Below, in pieces: positions 49,760-60,743 of a stretch of DNA of 64,000 nucleotides. How positions within the stretch are numbered: the stretch's first letter is position 1; every line of letters begins with the position of its first letter. The DNA comes from Auanema rhodensis (taxonomy: Eukaryota > Animalia > Nematoda). Under the pieces are notes generated by a model. That model made no database searches. It worked only from the letters and a program-made list of their open reading frames with translations, and had not been told where the DNA came from. Location: positions 6,262,001 through 6,326,000 of the forward strand of contig OZ059895.1 in NCBI GenBank assembly GCA_964057225.1. The letters run 5' to 3'. The position numbers and the translations under genes are program-made.

Positions 49760-52717
49760 TCATGTGCTATTGCTATTCATCATCTCAGGGTTGACCATTT
49801 TTTCTGATACTATACGTTTTCTTAGATTTTCTTCATATTGCTCACGACTATCAATTTCTTTAGCAACTTCTTTAATATCCTGAATTTTAAAATATATATT
49901 ATAGAATTAATATATAAATTTATATAAAATAACCTTTATACGATCATCAGCATCATATTCAAATTCAGATGGTCGTACACGTATACCTCCACATGTGACA
50001 CAGTAACATAACAATAGAATAAGTAATCCAGTTACCTGAAGAAAATATAAATATAATAATTAACTATATATATGTATAGTTAATATACTTCAACGATTGA
50101 AATAACAGATAATCCTAACCATAATCCAGCTTGACCACCAAGATCATTAATGATATCACTAATCTTAATTATATTATTTATGAAAATGGGGAAAGCTTTT
50201 GAATTTTCCCCATTTTTTCAACCGTCGAGAGACAGTTGCTTTGTGAACCTTCAATTGGTTCCCGATTTGGAGTTGAGTTGCTCCAGGAGTGGAATCGAGA
50301 ACCTTTTGGAGGTCACAGTTGCTGAATTTTTCAGCAGCTCCGGGTCTAGGACGATCTTGGAGATCGAACTCGCCGGATTTAAAGCGGCTAAACCACTTCT
50401 TACAAGTTGAATACGATGGAGAAGAATCTCCGTAAACAACTTTCATTTTTCTGAAGGTTTCTTTGGCAGAAATACCTTCATTAAAATGATGAAGAAGGGC
50501 GCTACGCATAAGGGTTACATCCATAACGAAATCAAAATAAAAAAACGTTCAAAGAAAAAAGAGAATTTTTCAAATGTAATGTTTTTTATCTTTATTATAT
50601 TTAAAAAATATTCTAATTTTTGAATTTTAAATTTATTTTTATGCTAATTTTGTAAATTTGATTTTCTCAAAGGGGGGCCGGGAATCAATGCAACCACCTA
50701 ATATTAATAATAATTCATAAGAAAACATACTCCATAACTTGGTGTTTCAGTATATTTTTCATATTTTAAAGTTTCAAAGAATACTTGTAGAAGTAATGCA
50801 TTATTACTGTACCAACTACGACATTCATCTGATTTCTAGATTTTTTTATAAAAAAAAGTTTAAAAATTAAAGTTTTATACTTACTGTTCTCCATGGAGAT
50901 GCCATATTATCACAACTTGGAGCCTAAATATAAATACATAAAACTATGATAAGTTTATGGATTCGAAATGTACAATCTTGACGATCAAGTTTTTTTCTGA
51001 GACACTACGAACTCAAGTTTTGTATTTTGAAACATAAAAATCGTGAATTTCAATAATTTTAACACAAAAATAATATTTTTAATTGAATAACATAATTTTG
51101 AATAAATTATATAATAAAATACTTACAGTATAATTAGAATCAGTTGCAACATTATATTTACTTGCTGGAAATTTAGCCAATGATGTTGTTGTAAAATAAT
51201 TAATTTCATGACAAGGTGGTTCACATCCACAATCCTATATTATAATAAATTATTTTAATAAAAAAAAAATAAAAAAACAATACCCTTAAAGGATTTAAAT
51301 TTTTTTCATTTACATTAGATTGATCACCTTTTAATGTTTGTAAACAATGTACTAAATATAAATAAATAAATAATATAAAAATAAAAATAAATTTACAATT
51401 AGCTGTATCACATAGGGTAGTTGATGGAGTATCATAACGTGGATTAGAACATTGACATCTTTCTTCTGTATAACGTTGACGACATCCCGTAAAGCATGTT
51501 TCAAGTGTATATGTATAATCTTTGAATAAATCCGATGTTTCTGATTCTCGATCAACACATCTTCCATATGGTCGTTTATGCCGTTGTGTCTTTGCCTTGA
51601 ATAATTTATGATAAACTATTCATAATATAGTTATTGATTACCATAGTTACAGATACAGCTGTTTGATAACCTACTCCAATGTTCATTCCATGACTTTCTA
51701 AAGCTGGATGACTTCCACGAGCATGAACACTAATACGAGCTCCAGCTAATTGTGTTGTTGATAAGAAATCAGTTTTAACATTTGTTTTTGGATATTGCTA
51801 TAAATATTTTTTTAAAATTATAAACTAATTATATATATATATTTACACTTATAGTTAATAATAATTTTAATCCAAATTTCATTCCTGCTCGTTGTACAGA
51901 AAAATTTTGATTGGATTGAGCATTAAAGGAGTAACATGCTCCATAAACAGGATCAATGATTTGTGTAAAATCATTTCTAAATATAATTTGTTAATTATAT
52001 GTATAAGATTGAGAAAAAATACCTTGTACACTTAGTACCTGCAAATGAACATTCAGATATTAAATCATTATAACTATATAATAATTGATTTTTATCATTT
52101 TGTGGTAATTTAGCTGCTAATATAGCTAAAGCATCTCGAGCAAGTGAATCTCGTTTATATGGATCACTTTGAACTGCCTGACTACTTGTTAATATAATTT
52201 ATAATTATATTATATATATACTAACCGTTAAATTATAAATATCAGGATTTGAAGATCTTAATTCATTTTTCACAGCTTTCTCATATATTTCCATTAATTT
52301 TGATATTCCTTCATATCGTCTTTTATCATTATCAATTACTGAATATTTATATGGATTATAATTACATACAGTAACAACTGGGAATAACTATAAACTTAAT
52401 TATATTTTTAATTAATTTTATAAATAAAATCAACCTGTTCTTCAAAAAATATATCTGTTGTTACTTTAACTGGAAATTTAAAAAATTTGATGATCATAGT
52501 AAAGAGTTGATAACCAAAAACACCAATCAAACATATAAACACTAAAGCCCAAAAAGCACGTGATAGCTAAGATTTATATATATATAATATTAATAATATA
52601 TAATATAGAAAAATATTTGTATATACATACCTTTGTTTGGGCGTTAGCTATATGTGGTACACCACAAACCGTTGACCAATTGGCAAAATCACAAAAGAGT
52701 TGAGCAAGACTCCGCAT
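49760..52717 (-). CDS. DEG/ENaC (amiloride-sensitive sodium channel family) subunit
   Basis: Contains FANWSTVCGVPHI, TM1 RAFWALVF, FPVVTVCNYNPYK, DPVYGACYSFN, AGMKFGLKL, PYGRC, a Cys-rich thumb, CEPPC and the pore motif DLGGQAGLWLGLSVISIVE. Confidence 0.93.
50174..50703 (-). mobile_element. 3'-truncated mariner (Tc1/mariner) element in an intron of the DEG/ENaC gene
   Basis: A TA dinucleotide (50702-50703) is followed by a left TIR, TTAGGTGGTTGCATTGATTCCCGGCC, and a 116-aa ORF (50524-50174) with the mariner HTH motif WFSRFKSGEFDLQDRPRPG plus a second HTH. There is no catalytic domain and no right TIR. The host intron spans 50164-50730. Confidence 0.9.
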
Positions 52718-53830
52718 AGTTAATATATATAGATATCTTATCTATATCTATATATTTATATATATAATTTAATTAAAATAATGACAAAAAAGAAGTAAAG
52801 AAGGATGACGAAAATGAGAAAACAGATGAGTGATTGGGAGGGTCAATGTTCATACATGTACCTGGTAACAACTGAAGGTTGGTCATAGCAACTTTTGTTC
52901 AAAAAATTAATTTTAAAGTGGCTTTTCGTTTAAGTTCTTCACACAAAAAACTTTTTTCATTGAAATATTCTTAAAAAAAAAAAAGAAAAAAAAGTTCTGG
53001 AATATCTATGGTTAAAAGTTCAAAAAATTAAATAAAAATTAAAAAATTATAATTAACATATATATTTTTATATAATATTATATAATTTAACTATTATTAA
53101 TATTGATTAAAAATAATATAATTAAAAATTTATAGTTTAAATTAACATTTCCATCACCCCCCCCTTACCATCACCACTTCTATAATTACAGTATGCTGTT
53201 CATTTCAATAAAATAGAAAGATAAGTTTTAATAAATATTTTATATTGTATACTATATATAGATAACTATAACTATATATAGTTAAGTTTTATTTTTTATA
53301 AATTTGAATATTTGAAAGTTGACGTAAATAACGTGTAACATTTGACATTTTTAAACTTCAATACTTACAGAACGGTCAAGTCTCAATGCTTCCGCATTCT
53401 CTCCTTTTACTCTATCTCGTTCTAGTTCTTTCTATTCCATTTCCTCTTTAATTCCGTTTTTGCGAACACATAGTTTAGTTAAATTTTAATTTTTTTATTC
53501 ATTTGATAAAGAAATTTATATAAACTTCCGTATATTCAATTAGTATACTATACAAAGATATTTTTAGTTTTTAAAGAAAAAAAAAGTTTTTTTTTTACTT
53601 AAAGTCTCTATGAAGATGATGAAGATCTTGTTCAGTCTTCATATCGTTTTTGAATTATATTCATTTATATTTTCTCTTATATATGTTATTATTTAGTATA
53701 TAATTAAGACAAATATTCTTCAATTTTGAAAAGCTTCTCTAATTATATAGTTAATATCGCATGACTAGCCAATTACAGATTTCATACCATAGCACCAAAT
53801 CGAGCCATGTTGTCATGACTGAACGCTCTT

Positions 53831-53863
<33 letters not shown>

Positions 53864-54258
53864 TTTCTTTTTGAGAAATAATATTTATTAAAGAAGAAAT
53901 AGAAACACATTGAACCGTATAATATCCAATTAAAGTACTTTATATAATATTATTATAATATAATATTTATTTATTTCATTTAAAAACTATTTCGTTTTTC
54001 ATAATTACTATTTCTAACTAATAATATTTTCTATTTTTATATATTTTTTTTGTCTATATCTTCTAATTCAACTGTAAATATTATATTCATTTTCTGCTTC
54101 ATTTGCAACCTTGGAGACTATTCTTTTGATTGTTTATCTGTCTATATACTAAAAGTTTTCAAAATTGAAACGTTTTGTTTTTCTTAATTATATAAGAAGA
54201 CAAGACTTATATTTACAAAATATTTTATTTATTATAGCTAATAAACTTCTACATACAT

Positions 54259-55940
54259 ATGTTGGATTTTGCATTTTTTTATTATTTGGTTATAACAACT
54301 ATTTCATTACTTCTTAATAGTTTTATAGTTGTAGCAAGTCTTAATAAAACAATCAGGTAAATATATATAAATTATTATTATTTATTATAAATATTTTATT
54401 AAAAATTATATTTTTAGAGGTGAATTTAAATGGATTTTCTTTGCTAGTTCAATTACAAATATGTTTTTTTCAATTACTCAATGTATATTAATGCCAACAA
54501 TTATTAAATGGCCTTCACATAATGAATATAATTTAATTTTAACATCAAATCCTCTTATTGCATTATTATCAGAAGAATATGATAATCCAGGTAAAATATA
54601 TATATATATAATTCTTTTGTTTTCGAAAGAAATTCATATACATTTACTTTAATTTTTAAAAATTCAATAATATTTTTGTTACTATTTTCAGCAAAAAAAT
54701 CTCTCTGTTATAATCTATATCATATACTTTATTTTCGACAAATTGAAGCAAGTGTTCTATCTATATGTCTTGTACCTTTAAATAGAGCTTTTGCTGTTTG
54801 TTGGAAACATGTAGCACCAGGTAATGCTAAGTTATGGATACCAATTTGTATGTTTCATATATTGATTAATATAATTATTTCAAATTTTTAGCTATTATAC
54901 CTAATATAATACCTTTCATTGTTTATATTATGCTTAGACAATTACCATCAACTCATTTACAAGATTTACATCATTTCTCAGCTGAAGCAATTGTTCGGTA
55001 TTAACTAGATTATTCGTGATCTTAACTATATTAATTATATTTTTAGATTAAAAGAATTTACTGATTCATCAGCATTTTGCTCATTAGTCAGCAATTATCG
55101 AAAAGTAGGAGATGTAGCTGAAACAGTATTTCTCTTTCTATGTCCCGTAATATCGTATCCAATCGCTATAGTAAGCTCTATATTCAGTTTATACAGTTTA
55201 TTATAATTTATAATTTATAGTATTGTGTTATAAAACTTTTTATATTTGTTCGTACAAGTCAATCAAATGTTCGAAATACAGTATCAAATCAAGTTATAGT
55301 TCGTCAAAAAGGTATTCTGATGACAATCTGTATTCAGGTATATTATAATCAATATATATTATATATTATTTTTATTTTATTTATAGGCTTTGGCTCCATT
55401 GATTATATATTTACCATTATTTCTTTCTGTACTTATAGTTGATAATTCATGGGGAATTCAACAACATAGTGAAATGAATTGGTAAAATATTGATTTTCTT
55501 TATTATTTATTATATTAAACAAATATTTTTTTATTTTATTTTAGGTATCCAATGAGTGTTATTCATTTTACTATTAGTTGGAGTCCATGTATTGATGCTT
55601 TAGCAACAATTATCTTCATTAAACCATACCGTCGTGCTTTTATTGAATATTTTAATACAAATATACCAACTATTCCTTCTGGTATGGTACAAGTTGAACA
55701 AGGTCCTGTTTCCAAAATGTTTGGTGTTACTCGTCGTGTGAGTGATGTAGCACTACATGTAAGTTATATTTCTTATTTGAATTTATAATCAATATAGTTA
55801 ATGATAATCTGTTTTAGGCTAATCAGAAATCAGTTGTTTCTGAACATCCTGGAAATTCCAGTGTTATATTTGATAATACAGATATAATGATGAATGAGCC
55901 ACCATTGATTGATAATGAACTTAAAGAAACAACATTATGA
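54259..55940 (+). CDS. Nematode serpentine chemoreceptor (Str superfamily 7TM GPCR)
   Basis: Seven hydrophobic segments lie across 9 exons. TM6 QKGILMTICIQALAPLIIY and TM7 SPCIDALATIIFIKPYRRAF are typical of Str/Srd/Srj/Sri receptors. Confidence 0.8.
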
Positions 55941-56254
55941 TTCTATTAATATAGGCTTTCAAATATTATTTTTTCTTCAAATACTTTAGAAAGCTTTAAA
56001 TGTTGTTGTAGGTGGAAATTCATCCAAAATACAATTTTTTGTAAGAAAAATAAATTGAATATCGGAAATCTTTGTGAATAGTTCAAGTGGAAAATTACGG
56101 AAATTAAAATCAATGAAATCAAGTATTGTTGTTTTGGAAGAAAAAAAAAATTAAGTTTAGTTGCCTGCAGAGCATAATTTTGCTTTTTCAATCATATGCT
56201 TCCGGTATATGTGTGTATATGGAAAGAGTTAAAGTCAAGCATTTCCATCCGATG

Positions 56255-56268
56255 ATTACCATAGAAAC
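56255..56268. promoter_or_regulatory. X-box (RFX/DAF-19 site)
   Basis: ATTACCATAGAAAC matches the consensus RTHNYYWTRRNRAC at all positions and lies upstream of the ZNF474-like gene. Confidence 0.6.
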
Positions 56269-56709
56269 GACGTTTGGAATATGAAACTAAAAGTAAAAGG
56301 AAGGATTTCTGCTACAAGAGAGTGAGAGTGAAGGGGGTGGACGACAATGCCATATCTATGGGATCAGACGCTGTTAATTGTGATTGGCTTCTGTGTTGTG
56401 TAGGAATATTCTAGTAAGCTCTATTTCAATCACATTGTCTATCTGGAAAAGACTATTAAGATTATAAATCTTATATAAAATTTCGAATTAAACAGTTTAT
56501 TTGTATTGATTATGCTATATATATATATACATATATATCCTGATCTACATACATACATACATACATAAGTATGCGATATAAAATTTATTTATTTTTATAA
56601 TTAATAATTATTTTTATTTAATTATTTAAAAATTAAAATTAAATATATATATTTTAGATTATAAATTTATAAAGAAACAACGTTTAAATATTCTTCGAAC
56701 AATAGAATA

Positions 56710-57783
56710 ATGTCTTCTTTAACCTCATGTCCATATTGTGAGCGCTTATATACAAGCCATTCATTGGGTATTCATCTTCCAAAGTGTCGAAGCAATCCTT
56801 CAGGTAACATGTACTACTTATATATATATATATTTATATACATTATATATCTTAAATATACATATAATAAAGAATATTATATATTTAAATATGTAAAATA
56901 TTGATTTCAGTTCAATATATGGCTCGTAGCTCATCAGTAAAAACTTCAAAAAAGAAATGTGTCAAAGACAGACCACGAACACGTTCGATATGTCGTCATG
57001 AAAAAGGTATTAAATCTTTTTTTTTTTCAAATATAATTGTTATTATTATAAAATAAAAAATGAAATATTTATTAAATTCTAGTTGATTTTCGAATTTGTC
57101 TGATATGTGGAAATCAAATTGATGTGAACGTTATTGATGCTCATGAAATTAATTGTATAGAAAGTAAGTAATAAACTTTTATATTTTGTAAAATTATATA
57201 ATTTTTAATCTTTCACTTATGATCAAAGATAAAATAATTTTAATATTTTCTATTTATAATATAAAAAGTTTATTTTTACTTTTTTTTTGACGAAGAAAAC
57301 GGTTGTGTTTTGATGTTATAACTCAAAATTTAAATTGCAGTAATTTAATTTAAATAAATTTTATTTTAAGAAATTAGTTATGTAGTATCATAATTACCAT
57401 ATATTACTCTATATATATATTCATTTTCATTTATTATTTTAACTGAAAATCATTAAAAGTTTGATCAAATTGTATGATAGACGTTTATTATTTGCAGAAT
57501 GGGATAGTTTTACGAAACGAATAGCTTCTCGATTTGAAGTTCGAAGACCAATTCCTTTGCTTATTCCATCTATAGATGGTTCTTCCGATATGCAAAGATT
57601 AAATAAACATGCTATGGAACAGAGTCGAAAAGCTCAGGTTTATTCTATAATTTGGATTTTCAAGTTTAAAAATTAAGTTTTTAGGTAGCACGTTGTAGGC
57701 GTTGTCAAATTACAATACCAATTATGTCAGCTATAGATCATAAGTGCACTCGTTTTGAACCAGCTGTGGAGTTCTTTTTCTAA
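56710..57783 (+). CDS. C2HC zinc-finger protein, ZNF474/ZNF475-like
   Basis: Contains CPYCERLYTSHSLGIHLPKC, then ICLICGNQ...AHEINCIEKW...RRP...NKHAMEQSRKAQVARCRRC...HKC, and ends VEFFF*. The CxxC...HExxCxxKW...RRP...N..A...AQL..C pattern matches my recollection of ZNF474. Confidence 0.75.
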
Positions 57784-58096
57784 ATGAGGTTTGAACGTAA
57801 CTTATGGTGTCTGCGATTATCATATTTGCTCAGCCAATGATATTAAGAATTTGAATTTGTTGTGACTTTTATAAAGTTCTGTTATATACAATTGATTATG
57901 ATCACATATATTATCTGATTTCTACATGTATATATGGAATAGTTGCTCAATTCTTCATAAGGCACACAACTCGATGATATTGAAAAAGAGAAATCTGCAA
58001 ATAAGAAGTAAGAAAAAGAATTAAAAGAAAAGTTTCTAATATAGCAAAAAGGGAGGAGGGGGGCTGGAGGGACAAAAAAAAAATTAGTGGCTTACG

Positions 58097-58273
58097 CTAA
58101 ACATAAAATTCTTTGCTCATCGTTATATCAGGTCTGTTTAGTGATGCTGAAGACAACTCATATGATGTTGATCTATAACGGAAATAGAAGCAGAGAGCTA
58201 CTAATAGAGCCATAAATCCTATACACAACATTGCTATCATCCATTGTAGCCAATCCAAAGCCAGGAAGAACAT
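58097..58273 (-). CDS. 58-aa single-pass membrane microprotein with a C-terminal PDZ-binding motif (KEFYV)
   Basis: MFFLALDWLQWMIAMLCIGFMALLVALCFYFRYRSTSYELSSASLNRPDITMSKEFYV*. It has a ~20-aa hydrophobic helix and an RYR stop-transfer. A GTAAG donor sits 1 nt after the stop, with a pyrimidine-rich TTTGCAG acceptor at 57995. It falls below the ORF-track cutoff. Confidence 0.7.
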   Translation of the reverse strand: MFFLALDWLQWMIAMLCIGFMALLVALCFYFRYRSTSYELSSASLNRPDITMSKEFYV

Positions 58274-60743
58274 GAAGTTGTTTACCTAGATGAAGGTTTT
58301 TTCTTCTTTTTTTTTTGGAACAAAGCAAGTAGGCGAGAATGTTAAAACAGACATCAACGAAAACTATCTTCAAGATATGACAAAAGAAGAAATTTAGTTT
58401 TTTTTTGGAAAAAAAAGTTTTCAATTCTAAAAAAAAAATATATTTTTGTGAAACATTGAGGTTCATGCGTTGAAAGGAAAAAATAAATTTTTTTTCTGTT
58501 TCATGTGAATTGAGAAAAACACCTGTTACATCCTCATAAAGCTCAAAAATAAGAATTAAATAAAGAAGAAGTAGAAGAGTATTGAGTAAAGTACGAATTT
58601 AGCTCATTAGAAATAGATGTACTAAACTGAAAAGTGATGTTTCTCCATATAGGCATTTTACGAAATGCTAGCTTTCTAGACGTGAACAGACTTAAAAAAC
58701 ACTCATCATTTTTTAGAGTCAAAATGTAAAAATCGGTTGCATTCAAACAAACAAACAACAACAACAACATGAGTAAACATGAGTAATATTTTGAATTTGA
58801 ATATGAATGTGTAGTTGATATCAAAATTTATAATGGCACAATATAGAAAGGAAACTCAGTATTAAAAAGTAAAAAAATACATGAAGAGATGGAAAAAAAA
58901 AAGAAAAATTGTCATGAAGTTGACACTAATGAAGAATTCAGCAAGCTGTGAACACAAGTGTATGTTTACTATATATGGATACATGTGGCGACTTTAAGAA
59001 GGAAGACACAAGAGAAAGAGGACTACTAGAGAATTCTTCACAGAGTGGAGGGACTGATTTCAGTTTCAACGAAGTCTAGCTTTATCCCATTGAAAAGAAC
59101 AGGGCTTGATGACAAGGCCGGAAAAAGAGAGATGGATCGCTGGTGAGACATATGCTGGAAGAAATGAAAAATTTGAAATTAGGAGCCAAGTTTTAAAAGG
59201 GTTAGAAGAGCCATGGGATTCAATGTGGCCTTTCAACGAACTATTATTTGGGTGAAGAAAAAAACAGATAAATTAGGGAAAAACGAAAGCGGCTCATGCC
59301 TCTGAATGTCACTCTCATCGTGTATGTGTGCGAATGTATTTGTGGGATGAACGAAAAGCTGACTCAAAGCTAGAAGCAGACATCAGGATGACACTAGAAT
59401 GCAAAAAGACGACGAGACGAGGTCGCAGCTAATCAGCTCTGGATGAGCACACTGAATCGAGACAGCCCAATTGAGATGGAATATGAGTCTTAATAAGGAG
59501 TGAGAAGGCTAAAACCAGATATGGAAGCATGATCTCAGAGGATCTGTTTCTGATAGACAATCTCAACAAAGAACGATGGAAATCTTTATTAACCTTGCAA
59601 ATATTATAATATTAATTGAATAAGAATATCAAGATGATATTGCCGGATATTATTGCTTCATTCATCTTGTGACTGGAAATAGACAAATCGAAAAACCAAC
59701 AAAACCTGCAAAATATATAATATATTCTACGAATAGGTTTCAGTTGTTTAAGTATTTGAAATCCCACTTCGGGTTTTGAAGATTATTCAAGCAAAACTCG
59801 GGAGAGATGTTAAAGTAGATTTGCTTCGAAAGTTTTTATACCATCATAAAGATAAATGTAAAAGCAAAAACGCTTTTTTTTATTTGTTCTCGTCGGATAC
59901 AACAAAAACTTTTCAAATATATAACTGAAAATAAGAAATGTGGAATAGCCTTTGAACATCTGAATTCGTTAGGGTAAAAGACGAACACAGCCTTTCTTGG
60001 AAAATATCCGGATTTCCTTCAAACTCATCTTCATGCATACGTAATATAATAGAAAACTAGTAACCTTTTCAAATACGTTTGTTTAAGATAGAATGTCTAA
60101 AAAGCCTTGAAATAAATCAACTGAAGTTGATGAGAGAAATGTCCATCTATTGCTCTTTTTTTCAGAACCATGGTTATGATCCAATTATATGCAACCTTTT
60201 ACTGCTTTGAAACATTTGCTCGTATATATTATATGTTACTTTGCCAAATTCAAGTACAGCTTGGTTACAGCAATCTGCAAGTTAGCGAAAAAAATTAAAA
60301 CCTTGAATGCTACTGTTCTGTATATTTTCATAGGAGCATAATCCCTATGGATTATTAAATAAAGAAACTCGCATTGGAGTCTAAATACATAGATTCTCCC
60401 AAATGTAATGCAAAATGAGCAAATGGTGTTTAAACGAATCAAAAAAACAAAGAATAAGAGGTAAATATTCATCTAAAGAACGCTATGACGTCACTTCAGG
60501 CATATGTAATTATAATAAATAATATTTAGAAATATACAATGTACTCGCGTTAAGTTCCCGATTAAACAATAATGAGCACACGATGATTTGTTGATAACAG
60601 ATTGATGACGAACATAACATACCCAGTTACTCTCGGAGAAAAACTAAAGAAATGCATAGAATACTATGCACATATCTAATAGAAAGAGGAGAATATTAAT
60701 GTCACTTGCTATTTGCTTAAAAACGTTAAAAATCTAATTAAAT

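Noticed and set aside
50150-50439. ORFs 50150-50410 (+) and 50251-50439 (-)
   Set aside because: They are antisense or alternate frames of the mariner transposase fragment.
58173-58466. 97-aa minus-strand ORF from the track
   Set aside because: It is low-complexity and A/T-run derived. The overlapping 58-aa frame has the coherent TM plus PDZ-ligand architecture.
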